A stretch of DNA of 62,889 bases, counting the filler, from Chiloscyllium plagiosum (Eukaryota), in the NCBI RefSeq assembly GCF_004010195.1. It is 5 parts of one record of this genome, joined end to end, with 100 filler letters (N's around TTAATTAATTAA, not from the genome) between each part and the next. Parts side by side here need not be neighbours in the genome. Positions count along the whole stretch, not along the records: positions 35,025 to 46,689 come from NC_057711.1; positions 46,790 to 60,533 come from NC_057711.1; 3 more parts are not named here. One strand, written 5' to 3'. This document shows positions 39,519-52,259 of the stretch, piece by piece (within the stretch, counting starts at the first letter, position 1; each line of letters begins with the position of its first letter). Made by a program: the position numbers and the translations under genes. The notes below the pieces were generated by a model, which was not told where the DNA came from, ran no database searches, and saw only the letters and a list, made by a program, of their open reading frames with translations.

Positions 39519-42045
39519 AACATTGGAGAAACAATCTTTGTTCCAGGAGTCTGTGAGCAGTAGAGAAATGTACACTGCACATCAAATACAGTCAGATCGC
39601 AGGAATCTGTAGAGTAATGAAACAATAGGATTGAGCTCAGGACTGAATGAAGTCAGAGTAAAATTCAAAACCTAATAGGGCAACAGAGTTCAACCCTGAG
39701 ATCTGCTAAGTGAGGGGACAGGCTGTTTTCACTGTCGGTAATGTTAAACAGTTAAGTAAGTCACAAATAGTTTGTTTGCACCATCTTACTAACCAGCACC
39801 AACGTATTCCCAGTCCAGGTATGTTGACTGCATAACCATCTAGTTCTTAAAGAGTTACTGTTAGAGCTGGCAAGCAGTTGAAGACTTGCATGTGTGTTAG
39901 TCTTTTCTGGCTTGTCAGGCTGCATTTGCTGGTAATGAACCAACATGTTTCTTTTTATTGAAGTTTTTATTGGGAATTGGTCTTCTCAGGGCTAGCAGTT
40001 TTATGTATAACAGAGATGGTTAAATGCAACACATGCATTTAAAGTGTGCATCAGACTTTAAGTAGCTATTAGCCCTGTGGCACAGGTTTAGTCAGACTCC
40101 TGAAGGTGGTAGGCAGCCCCTTATGAAGTCGATGTTAGTCTTTGCTGGCTATGGGGCATCTTTGACCTAAACAACATGGAACAACACGTTGTTTTTCTAA
40201 GTTGCTGGAGACTCGTACACAGTAGATAATTATTTCCAGGGCTCTCTGGTTAATATTAAAAATCAAAGAGGATGGGTCCACATTGTTTTCATCAAAATGC
40301 CTGAAGCTGTGTTTGTTAGCTTTGCCTGTGTGTGACCTTGGTTTATTAGCCTTGGATGTAAAACTATTGCATCATGCCACAGCTTTGGGGAAGCAAACTG
40401 TAATCTTCTTGTATATGATCTGTAATTATTTTCTTACGTACCTACATTGTTTAGAGAAATAAAATGACCTCATTGTGTAAGTGTTTCTTGTTTTATTCAC
40501 AAGGAATTAAACACCACACAATTTATTGTGTGAAACAGTTTCTTTTTTTTATTACACTGAGTGAAGGGAAGGTCTCTCTCTGCTAAGCAGGTGACTGTTT
40601 TTGCCTTCTGTGCTTCAGTGGCAGGAGATTTAAAATTAAGATTGATGTTTTCTTATTCTGTTAGTAAGGTCACTATGTCATTTCCTGTATCCTGTTTGCT
40701 GGGGCTTTAAACAGACAAACAGTACTGTGTTTGGCATGGTGCTTGCTGATGAAACTGTACTGACAGAACCATAAACCAATTTGTAAACCAAATAGGAAGG
40801 TTATGACAGCCATGTCATACACTGTGGTTTCGTGCTCAGTGTCACATCCATCTTCATTTCCAGATATTCAGTCTGATGGCGGGGAAGATTAAATGGAAGT
40901 CTTGTTCTTCATTTTCTCCCATGAGAAAGCCATAGGTGGGCTAATACGTAACGATGAAGTATTCTATTAAAATGAAAACATTTACCATGATAAAATAGTT
41001 TGTTCTTTTACAGAGCCATCAATTTTGCAGTGAGTTCAAGTCCCTGAAATGTGGCTTTATGATATTCCCCCCAACCCTCCCCACTTCAGTGTATTTATAG
41101 TTGAAAGGACTGCATAAATAAATGATGTAAAAGAGGCTGCCGGGTCCAATATGCATACCAAGTACCTCAGTTGGGTTCAGAACATGCAACCAGTACTTTA
41201 AACAATCTGGAGAATATAGCAAGCTGAGATACTCCACATCTCCATCTCAGTGTGTTGTCACAGTGTACAGAGTGATTATAATTGGTAATCAGTTTCGATG
41301 CTGGCAATTTCAACCTACACGATGCATTTTTATCCATGCTTCTGTCAAACTCAATTAACATTCTAACACAGCACCTGCTAAAATATTACAGTCGGCTCTG
41401 AGCTTATCGACAAGTACTGTGAATTTATTCTTAATTAATTAAAACACAGTCTATATTTTACAATCTATATCATTGCTACAATTCCACTTTTAGTAACAAT
41501 CAAAATAATATCTATTACACCTTAAATAAAAACACTCAAATCGTTACAGCTTTTGCTTAAAGAAATTGTGCATTCAAGACACAGAGACTAGTCACTGGGT
41601 TGAAATATCTTGTTATTCATTGCACGCTTCACTATTGTTTGGTGAAGTGAGAGATGTACTGCTGTGAAATTACATCAGATGTGTCAGATGCAATTGAAAT
41701 TTGAGGAGAAAAAAATACATTACTGACATTACTGCACTTTATGTCACTCGGACCCTGGATTTGCTATATTTGTGTGTATGACTGTATATGTGCAATAAAT
41801 AAATGTGGAGTACAATAAAAAAAATTGAGGTGAACGAACCCTCTTGTCGATAGATAAGAAGAATGCAGTAGACATTTTTCGCCATCAATCAAACTTCCCA
41901 ATGGATCTGTTTATTATTCCTTTTCTTATCTACATTTGCTGATATCAGCAAACTGTAAAAGCAAGATCACATTGCATTGAATTGCTCTACTATTTCAAAT
42001 ACCGACCAAAAAATAAACATATTGACACCCCCTACAAGGGTCAAC

Positions 42046-42255
42046 ATAGAACATAGAACATAGAAAAATACAGCACAGTACAGGCCCTTTGGCCCTCGAT
42101 GTTGCGCCGATCCAAGCCCACCTAACCTACACTAGCCCACTATCCTCCATATGCCTATCCAATGCCCGTTTAAATGCCCATAAAGAGGAAACCTTCTTTT
42201 CTCCAATGAAAACAGCCCCAAGTGCCTCAGCCTTTCCTCATACGATCTTCAAACT
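42046..42255 (-). mobile_element. Short internally deleted CR1 3' fragment
   Basis: Near-identical to 19890-20030; (catagaa)n tail; direct repeat ggtcaac at 42039-42045 and 42256-42262. Confidence 0.85.
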
Positions 42256-42768
42256 GGTCAACTGGAGGAAACTTTATAAATGGGTACATAATCAAGCTGC
42301 TTTCATATTCTCTTCCTGTATATAGTCCACTAAGCTACCCACCCTTTGTTTAGAACAAACTCGAACAGATGTGGTTTTAAATTGAAAATGTGAAGTAGTC
42401 AGAATTACTTTATTTGTTTTCTGTTGACAAGATACATTCCAGTTTGCGCAAATAGTGGTAATATTGATCAGTAGAAAATTGTCTTGTTGAATCCTTTAGT
42501 TTCTTTCCAAACATGGTTTCCCCAATATTAGGTCTTATTTCCTTCTGCCCATTGTTTTTGAACAAAAACGTAGACAACAGCAATTTAGACCCTGACAATA
42601 CTTCTTACAGAAACAAAGACATTTTACAACAGTGAAAACGAGTACATACTGAATAGAAAGGGGATAAAAGGAAAGGCAGGTGAAACAATCAGTGAACTGA
42701 GTTGTTAAATATATTTAACGTGCTTTTCAACTTTCCTTTACAGTACCTGTTGATGATCAATCTTGTGC

Positions 42769-42874
42769 AAAAATATGAAACACTTCATGAATTTGTGTGT
42801 CATCCTTACGTGGGGCACATGCTAATCTTCACTGTATCATTCCAATTTTATGATATGTGCTGCAAAAGTGAGCA
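42769..42874 (-). pseudogene. RNU6: U6 snRNA pseudogene, full length and diverged
   Basis: Reverse complement tgctcacttttgcagcacatatcataaaattggaatgatacagtgaagattagcatgtgccccacgtaaggatgacacacaaattcatgaagtgtttcatattttt aligns end-to-end to U6; ACAGAGA box is mutated to ACAGTGA; CpG decay. Confidence 0.93.
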
Positions 42875-42888
42875 GGCTGAGATAGATA

Positions 42889-44456
42889 GGCTAATGTAAC
42901 ACCCCTGTTTAAGAAGGGAAGGAAGGAGACATAAGATGGGAAATTATACGTCGATTGCCGACTCTTAGTTAGACTTTAGAGTCTGTTATTAAGAATGAGA
43001 TTGCGGTGTACTTGTAGGTGCTTGGTAAAATCAGGCTAAGTCATCACAGCTTCTTCAAGGGATGTCAAGCCTGATAAATCTGTTAGAATTCATTGAGGAG
43101 CTAACAAGAAAGTTAGACAAAGGAGAGCCAGTGTATGTGATCTATTTGGATTTACAAATTACTTTTGAAAAGGTGCCACACCAGAAGAAGCATAATACAA
43201 TAAGAGCCCATGGTGTTAGTGGCAAGGTACTGACATAAGTAGTGGATTGGCTGACTGGCAGAAGGCAGAAGGCAGAGAGTGGGCATAATGGTATCTTTTT
43301 CAGGATCGCAACCAGTGACAAGTGGAGTTCCATAGAGGTCAGCGTTGGGACCACAACTATTAACGATCTGGATGAAGGAATTGAGGGCTTGAATGAAAAA
43401 TTTGCAAATGATACAAAGATAGTTGGAAGGACAGATGGTGTTGAGGAAGTGGGTGGGCTGCAGAAGAACTTGGATAAACTAGGAGAGTGGGCAATGAAAT
43501 ACCAGATAGAATACAATGTGGGAAAGTATGTGATTATGCATTTTGTAGGAAGAATACAGGCATAGAATATTTTCTAAATGGAAATCTGAGGCAGAGAGGA
43601 AGGAGGAAGTCCTAGTTCAGGATTCTCTTAAGATTAGCAGGCTGACCCAGTTGGCAATTAGGAAGGCTATGCAATGTTGGCGTTCATTTCAAGAGGGTTT
43701 GAATACACGAACAAGGATGTACTGCTGAGGTTGTATAAGGATCTGTTCAGACTGCATTTGGAGCAATTTTGGGCCCCATATCTAAGGAAGGACGTGCTGG
43801 TTTTGGAGGGGGTCCAGAGGTGGTTTACACAACTGATCCCAGGATGAAGGGCTTGTCATATGGGGAGCGGTTGAAGACTCTGGATCTGCAATCTATGAAA
43901 GTTAGAAGGATACTGGGGTATTTCAATCAAACTTGCAGAATGTTGATAGACCTGGATAGAATGGATTAGGAGAAGCTGTTTCAACTAGAAGGGAAGTTGA
44001 GGATTCTAGGGCACACCCTCAGATTGAAGGAATCACTGTTTAGAACTGAAATGAGGAGGAATTTCTTCAGCTATAGAGTGAGTGAATCTATGGAACTCAT
44101 TGCTACAGAATGTTGTGGAGGCCAAGCCGTTGAGTGTATTTAAGCCAGGGAAAACTAGGTCTTTGATTAGTAAGAGGTTCAAGAATTATGGGGAGAAGGC
44201 AGAAGAATGAACTGAGAAACATATCAGCCATGATTGAATAGTGGAGCAGAATCAATACACCAAACAAGCTAATTCTGCTCCTACATCTTATGGTCTTAGT
44301 ATTTTTAGTCAGTAAAGGAATAAAGGGTTATGGGGAAAAGGCATAAAAGTGAAATTGCTGATTGCCAGATCAGTCATAATCTCATTGAAAGGTGGAGCAG
44401 AATCAATGGGATGAATGGCCCATTTCTACTCCTACATTTTATGATCTTATGGTCTT
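42889..44456 (+). mobile_element. CR1 LINE, 5'-truncated, decayed, with doubled 3' end
   Basis: ANVTPLFKKG, YLD..FEKVPH, FANDTK; (cttatggt)n tails near 44290 and 44450. Confidence 0.87.
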
Positions 44457-44584
44457 ATAAAGGCCAGTGAAAGTCTTTTAAATACAGGAGTGTAAGTAAA
44501 CAAAATAGCTGACCTGATAAGTAGCAGAGGAGTTCCCAAGTGTTTTGACCCTGCTCTGCATTTGCTTCAAACCTAAAATCTCGG

Positions 44585-45790
44585 CTGTTCGGCCCATCAA
44601 GTACACTCCACAGCTTTCCTCTTTGCCTCTCCAAGTGGAGATAATTCTGTCCCTCAGAATTTTTTTCTAGTAATTTTCCAGCCACAAAAGTCCAACTCTC
44701 TGGCCTGTGACTTCCTGGTTTATCTCTACCATCTTTTTAAATAATGCAACCACATGAGTTGTCTTCTGGAACCTCTCCTGTGGCCAGAGATGATTTGAAA
44801 ATTAATGTCAGAGCTTTGCTTCTCATAGCAGCCTGGGATACATCTCATCTGAGCCTGGGGAGTTATTCACTTTCAAGCCTGCTAAAACTGTTAATACCTT
44901 CTGCTAATTTGAACAAATACAACACAGTTCCACTTCCTGATTTCCATTCCTGCAACATGCTGGCAAGAGCGAATAAAGAAGCAAAGTATTTATTAAAACC
45001 ACAGTTTTGTTTTCTGGCTCCACATACAGATGCTTTGGTCCTTAGTGGCCCCTAGTCTTTCCCTTGTTATTCTCTTGCTCCAAATATACTTCGAAAATGC
45101 CTGTGGGTTTTAGGAACATACGAAAAGGAGGAGACCATTAGTTTCTTGAGCCTGTTCCATTATTTAATGAAATCATGACTGAGCTGTGGCTGATCCTTTG
45201 GCCGATATCCCTTAATCCTTTTGCTTAACAAAAAATTATCTATCGCAGATACAAAATTAATATCTGACCCAGCATCCACTGCCATTTGTGGAAGAGATTT
45301 CAAAGCAGCCACCAATGCATTTTTTGCGTGTAAAGGTTCTTCCTAATATATCTTCTGAATGGTCTAGCCTTCATTATCAGAACATTCCCCCTTGTTCTGG
45401 AATCTCCAAATTTATCTTTTTCTACCATGTTTTTTCTTATTAATATCTTGAAGACTTCAATAAGATCACTCCTTAACCTTCAAAATTCTAGAGAATACAG
45501 GCTTAATTTGTATAACCTCTCCTTTCATCTAACCCCTGAAGTCCAGCTACCATTCTTTTAAACCAATGTTGAGCTTCCTCCAATGCGAATATATCCTGCC
45601 TCAGGTGTGATGCCCACATCCCTCACAGTTTTCCAAGTGGGATTGAGTCAGGATTTTGTTTAAGTGCAGCATAATTTTTGCATCCTTATTCTCCTCTACA
45701 CATAAAGGCGCTTTCTTGAATAAGTTTTGCACCTGTTTCTGACATTTTAAAGATGTATGCACTTGAACACCCAAATCTTTGGACTATTAT
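44585..45790 (-). mobile_element. Old CR1 fragments (two pieces)
   Basis: GKLLEK.., KPGSHRP and decayed 3' region 45110-45790. Confidence 0.65.
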
Positions 45791-46689
45791 AGACAATAAA
45801 CAATAGACAATAGGTGCAGGAGCAGGCCATTCTGCCCTTCGAGCCTGCACCACTATTCAATATGATCATGGCTGATCATCCTTAATCAGTATCCTGTTCT
45901 TGCCCTATCTCCATAACCCTTGATTACACAATCCTTGAGAGCTCTATCCAACTCTTTCTTAAATGAATCCAGAGACTGGGCCTCCACTGCCCTCTGGGGC
46001 AGAGCATTCCACACAGCCACCACTCTCTGGGTGAAGAAGTTTCTCCTCATCTCTGTCCTAAATGGTCTACCCTGTATTTTTAAGCTGTGTCCTCTGGTTC
46101 GAAGTTCACCCATCAGCGGAAACGTGTTTCCTGCCTCCAGAGTGTCCAATTCTTTAATAATCTTATATGTCTCATTGAGATCCCCGCTCAGTCTTCTAAA
46201 CTCAAGGGTATACAAGCCCAGTCGCTCCAGTCTTTCAGCGTAAGGTAGTCTCGCCATTCCAGGAATTGACCTCGTGAACCTACGCTGCACTCCCTCAATA
46301 GCCAGAATGTCTTTCCTCAAATTTGGAGACCAGAACTGCACACAGTACTCCAGGTGTGGTAAAAACAATGACTGCAGATGCTGGAAACCAGATTCTGGAT
46401 TAGTGGTGCTGGAAGAGCACAGCAATTCAGGCAGCATCCGAGGACAGGCAAAATCCAGGTGTGATCTCACCAGGGCCCTGTACAGCTGCAGAAGAACCTC
46501 TTTGCTTCTATACTCAATCCCTCTTGTTATGAAAGCCAGCATGCCATTAGCCTTCTTCACTACCTGCTGTACCTGCATGCTTACCTTCATTGACTGGTGT
46601 ACAAGAACACCCAGTTCTCTTTGTACTGCCCCTTTACCTAAATTGATTCCATTTAGGTAGTAATCTGCCTTCCTGTTCTTGCCAAAGTG
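45791..46689 (-). mobile_element. Young CR1 LINE 3' region
   Basis: ORF 45886-46590 (KKANGMLAFI, LEYCVQFWSP, RTRGHSLKI, FFTQRVV); (ctattgt)n tail. Confidence 0.92.
46359..46453 (-). mobile_element. 95-bp PLE-type 3' fragment inserted in CR1
   Basis: Appears identical to 34629-34723; exact 10-bp TSD tccaggtgtg at 46349-46358 and 46454-46463. Confidence 0.9.
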
Positions 46690-46789
46690 NNNNNNNNNNN
46701 NNNNNNNNNNNNNNNNNNNNNNNNNNNNNNNNNTTAATTAATTAANNNNNNNNNNNNNNNNNNNNNNNNNNNNNNNNNNNNNNNNNNNN

Positions 46790-47082
46790 GTTCCAAACTT
46801 CCAGCTCAGCACTGTCCCCATGACTTGTCCTACCTGCCTATCTCCTTTTCCACCTATCCACTCCACCCTCTCCTCCCTGACCTATCACCTTCATCCCCTC
46901 TCCCACTCACCCATTGTACTCTGCTACTTTCTCCCCACCTCCACCCTCCTCTACCTGATCTCTCCACGCTTCAGGCTCACTGCCTTTATTCCTGAAGAAG
47001 GGCTTATGCCCGAAACGTCGATTCTCCTGCTCCTTGGATGCTGCCTGACCTGCTGTGCTTTTCCAGCAACACATTTTTCAGC
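46790..47082 (+). mobile_element. PLE-type terminal repeat with intact hammerhead-like core
   Basis: CTGAAGA-A-GGGC-TTAT-GCCC-GAAAC-GTC at 46992-47019; body similar to 1-200. Confidence 0.8.
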
Positions 47083-47589
47083 ACCCACATCCAAGTCAGT
47101 CTTACCAAACCTGTACTATTGCTCTCTCTCTCGTCTTTCCAGTTTGTTTCTGCAACCACTTCTGGACTGTTCCCATGATTAAATTCTCAAGCTTTGACTA
47201 GTCCTTGTTCCTTCCACTATAATGCCCACTCCACCTCCACATTTCCTTGCACCCTCACCCTGTCACCTTCTTGGACCACTTCAGTCTTTGGGTGTAGGCA
47301 CTTCTTATCCAGTGATAGAGAGGGATGGCGATGCAATCCACGTTAGAATGGCATGTGGGTCAGAGATAAATTTGCAGTGGTGGTGATCCAATGAATCGAT
47401 TGGCCGTCTGCTTCGAAGCTGTAGAGTTTATAAGCTTGAAAGCATGGAAGCAAACCATTTGGTCCATTGAGTCCATACAGGGCCCTACTACCAACTGTAC
47501 AAGTCCTGCCCTTGTTTGTTTTACCAAAGTGCTATACCTCACATTGTACCAAAGGTACAATATTAGCCGTCTTCCAGGACCTCACCTGT

Positions 47590-48085
47590 GGCTGTAGATG
47601 ATACAGATTGATTGCAATGCATTTTTTAGATGGTGCACGCTGCTCCTTCTGCATGTCAACAGTGAAGAAAAAGGTGGTGCCCTTCAAGTGGGCTACTTCA
47701 TCGTGGATGTGTGTAAGCTTCTTGAGTATAGTTAGAGAGTAGCACTCATCCAGGCTAGTGGAGAGCAGTCATTCCAGCTGCTGACTTGTACCTTGTCGTC
47801 TGTGCACTGGTTTTGAGGAGACAGACAGTGAGTTACTCACTGTGCAATTCCTAGCCTGTGACCTGCTATTCTAGCAATTGTGTATATATATATGGCTGAT
47901 CCAGTGGAGTTCTGCCAAGGGTTATCCCCAAGATTTGATAGTGAGGGATTCAATGATTGTAATGCTATTGGACGCTGTGGAGCAATAGCTAAATTATCTC
48001 TTGTTGGAGATTGTCATTGTCCGACACTTGTGTAACATGAATGTTACTTACAATTTGTCAGCCCCAAACCTGGATACTGCCTCAG
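47590..48085 (-). mobile_element. L2/CR1-group LINE fragment
   Basis: Reverse complement resembles 38720-39200 (agtgagttactcac, tgagggattcaatg, ttgtcagcccc..cctggata). Confidence 0.65.
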
Positions 48086-48221
48086 TCTTGCTGCAAAAGA
48101 AATTAAGACCTTCTGGACAAAAGAATCCATAACTAGCAGGCTGTAATATCAGAACAACTTGTGACGACTTTAAGCAATCACTTGTTGCAAGCAAAATCAA
48201 ACACGTCATTATCAAAAAGGT

Positions 48222-48322
48222 GAAATAAAAACAGAAATTGCTGGAAAATCTCAGCAGGTCTGGCAGCATTCGTGGAGAGAAATCAGTTATTGTTTTGAGT
48301 CCAGTGACCCTTCTGAAGAACA
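48222..48322 (-). mobile_element. PLE-type terminal fragment, second family
   Basis: Reverse complement of the 24776-24900 family (gaagggtcactggactcaaaac..). Confidence 0.68.
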
Positions 48323-49835
48323 GAAATCTTTAATAGTACTTATTAAATAATTATAATTTTATACTTTTGATCTACAGAAACTCGAAGTATGTATAAACAG
48401 CTTTACATACAATGATGCTTCAGTGCTCATGGTTCCAGTTCCTGAATTTAGGATCACAAGCTTGATGTTTGTTTTTGTTGAACCAAAACTAACTTGATTT
48501 GCAATCCTTGTTTTGTGATGCTGGTTTTGCAAACTGGGAAATGCAAGAATAATCACTAATACTTTGATTGGTGTGAGTAAGGATAATTGATCTCTCCATG
48601 TGAATTTTGTATTGTTGTTTTATATTCTATTGATCACCTTTCCAGTGGCTTTTTTTTTCAAGCAGGGAAAGTAAGGTGATACAAAATCTTTATAACATTG
48701 AAAGGCAAGCAGTATGTTGCCAGAAGGAAAAAAAAGTGAGGAATGGTGGGAGGTGCAATATGGAGCCTCTTGCACATGGTGGCAAAATGCAGAGAATTTT
48801 CAACCATGAATTTTGTTTACGCATTTGTTCCTTTCTCAGAATGTAAGCTGACTGGTATATTTAAAAGTTTCTTAGTTCAAGGTTTTCAACTCCTACATGC
48901 TGTTAGCATTGCATGGATCACATAAGACTCCATATTCAATGGAAGCTCAATACATGATAGTTTCATGAAGTACTGTAAAAGGTTTGAATACAGATCCTTT
49001 AATAGATAATACTTTCTCTTATTCAAGACTGAAAAAATAAGAATGAGCCAGCATTAGAATTATAGTGTTTAATAATTGCAACAGGTTGATAAGGATGTGG
49101 GCACAGACTTGGCCTTTGAGTACCTCTCACACTGGATTGTTTCTTTGGGAATGACAGAAACTTTTAAGCTGCAGTTGACAACAGAATATGAATTCAATTA
49201 ACTTCCCATGTGCATTAGTAGCCATTTCCCATGACTTCTAGGAACAATGGCTGGAAAATCTAATCCTTCAGTTGGGAATAGTAACTTGCAGTATGATCAA
49301 GAAACGGAGCTAAAGCACTTTGATGACAAAGGTATTAGATGTGGAGCTTTTGAAATGGGATTTGCGAAGAGAGGAATATTGAAAACTCACCCACTAAATG
49401 GGGAGGATTGTGTACATTTAGTGCTTGAAATGGAAAATTAGTGTTTCATCTGTGGGAACAACCAAATTATAAAACAAAAATAAACTGTCACTGCTTGACC
49501 TTTTTGTATTGTGTGGCTAGATAGGAGCAATGTTGGGTCTGATTTGCCCAGAATCTTGTGAAATAATGGCAAATAATAATAAAACCAGTACATAAGTCTG
49601 TCTGAACAAAAAAATTAGTAACAGTAAATGAATCTCTCAACTGAACTCTTGTACGCACTGAGTGTCTGCTGTCTTAGTCCAAACCATCAGATGTCAGCTC
49701 AGTTATTTGGAAAGATTACATGCCCATTGTTTGACCTGTTATTTGAACCCATAAGCCTCTGAAATACTTCTACCGTATCATTATCCAGCATCCCAGTTGA
49801 CAGAAACTGTTATTTCATCCAGATACAAAAGAAGG

Positions 49836-51256
49836 ACCTGATCAGGTGTACCCGAGAACTCTGTGGGAAGCTAGAGAAGTGATTGCTGGGCCTCTTGTTG
49901 AGATATTTGTATCATCGATAGTCATAGGTGAAGCGCCAGAAGACTGGAGGTTGGCAAATGTGGTGCCACTGTTGAAGAAGGGTGGTAAGGACAAGCCAGG
50001 GAACTATAGACCAGTGGGCCTGACCTCGGTGGTGGGCATGTTGTTGGAGGGAATCCTGAGGGATAGGATGTACACGTAATTGGAAAGGCAAGGACGGATT
50101 CGGGATAGTCAATATGGCTTTGTGCATGGGAAACCATGTCTCTCAAACTTGATTGAGTTTTTTGATGAGGGCATTGCATTAGATGTGATCTATATGGACT
50201 TCAGTAAGGCGTTCAACAAGGTTCCCCATGGGAGACTGATTAGCAAGGTTAGATCTCATGGAATACAGGGAAAACTAGCCACTTGGATACAGAACTGGCT
50301 CAAAGGTAGAAGACAGAGGGTGATGGTGGAGGGTTGTTTTTCAGACTGGAGGCCTGTGATCAGTGGAGTGCCACAAGGATTGGTGTTCATCCCTCTACTT
50401 TTCATCATTTATATAAATGATTTGGATGCGAGCATAAGAGGTACAGTTAGTAAGTTTGCAGATGACACCAAANNNNNNNNNNNNNNNNNNNNNNNNNNNN
50501 NNNNNNNNNNNNNNNNNNNNNNNNNNNNNNNNNNNNNNNNNNNNNNNNNNNNNNNNNNNNNNNNNNNNNNNNNNNNNNNNNNNNNNNNNNNNNNNNNNNN
50601 NNNNNNNNNNNNNNNNNNNNNNNNNNNNNNNNNNNNNNNNNNNNNNNNNNNNNNNNNNNNNNNNNNNNNNNNNNNNNNNNNNNNNNNNNNNNNNNNNNNN
50701 NNNNNNNNNNNNNNNNNNNNNNNNNNNNNNNNNNNNNNNNNNNNNNNNNNNNNNNNNNNNNNNNNNNNNNNNNNNNNNNNNNNNNNNNNNNNNNNNNNNN
50801 NNNNNNNNNNNNNNNNNNNNNNNNNNNNNNNNNNNNNNNNNNNNNNNNNNNNNNNNNNNNNNNNNNNNNNNNNNNNNNNNNNNNNNNNNNNNNNNNNNNN
50901 NNNNNNNNNNNNNNNNNNNNNNNNNNNNNNNNNNNNNNNNNNNNNNNNNNNNNNNNNNNNNNNNNNNNNNNNNNNNNNNNNNNNNNNNNNNNNNNNNNNN
51001 NNNNNNNNNNNNNNNNNNNNNNNNNNNNNNNNNNNNNNNNNNNNNNNNNNNNNNNNNNNNNNNNNNNNNNNNNNNNNNNNNNNNNNNNNNNNNNNNNNNN
51101 NNNNNNCATTTGGATGGGTATATGAATAGGAAGGGTTTGGAGGGATCTGGGCCGGGTGCTGGTAGGTGGGACTAGATTGGGTTGGGATATCTGGTTGGCA
51201 TGGACGGGTTGGACCGAAGGATCTGTTTCCGTGCTGTACATCTCTATGACTCTATG
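49836..51256 (+). mobile_element. CR1/HER1 LINE spanning a gap
   Basis: PEDWRLANVVPL.KKG.KDKPGNYRPV, YMDFSKAF, GVPQG, FADDTK; 3' end catctctatgactctatg. Confidence 0.92.
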
Positions 51257-52259
51257 TGAATAGTCTCAACTGTAAATTTCAACGTGTTTTTGTTTTAGTT
51301 TAAACAAACCTCGGTGTTATATCAGTTTACACTATTTCACTTTGACTGGATACTGACATTTACAAATTGGTTGTACAAAGAATAACACACCCTACATTTT
51401 TCTTCTATATTTGGAATGCAACTTCGCGATGCCAAACTATAAACAATCAAGCTGCCATCTCTCGCCATTGGCTTGATCCAGAAAGAATTATCATTACAGA
51501 TGTGAAAACTTAAAGATTTATTTTCAGTTTTGGCATTAGTTGAAGGTAAACAACTGCTAAAAGTAAATCATTTTTAAGTAATGTAGTGAGCAGCTGACTG
51601 GAAGAATGGGGTGAGCACAGTAAACAGCGCTGTCAGGAAATACAGTACAGTTCATAACTGGTTGATTGACACAAGCAAAGCACTTTTTTTATTCTGGGTA
51701 TTTTGATGTTGTTAATGTTGGAAAGTGATATAATGCAGAGCCCATGTTAGTCTTCTCCACATACAGAAAGAGGGTCAAAAATTTAGGAAACTGTTGACCA
51801 ATCCAGATTAATGTGGACTAGGGTGCAATAATATGTTTGAAAAGGAAAAAAACAAAGAACAGACAGTGTGCATCATTGTAAGTATGCGAATCGTTATGGA
51901 TAACAAAGGACTCTTATGTTAAAATATATCTTTTGCTAAAAAGGCAACTGCCAATTGCCAAGCCTTCTTTAATAGCTCCTCCCAAACTCTCTGCCTTAGA
52001 AGGAGAAAGGAAACTAGTGCATTGCCAGCACATCCCAAGTCATACACCATCCTTTACTTTTGCTTCACTGTGGCTGGGTTTAAAAAATAACTTCCCACCT
52101 AACAATTTGTTGGGAGTAATTTTACCACATTGATTTGAGCTGGCCAAGTAAATGATTCACTAATATCTTGAGCAAATGGGGATGCATAACAATGAATTGT
52201 TTTGTCAACAACAATTCAGATTATTAAACAAAAAGTTGTTGTTTTTCAATTTGAGGGCA

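Noticed and set aside
42769..42874. Functional U6 gene
   Set aside because: ACAGAGA box mutated, many substitutions, and the upstream promoter position is occupied by CR1
47098..47190. Minus-strand EFNHG...TGL followed by gtaag as a candidate exon
   Set aside because: No in-phase acceptor, purine-rich upstream sequence and no CTL1 similarity
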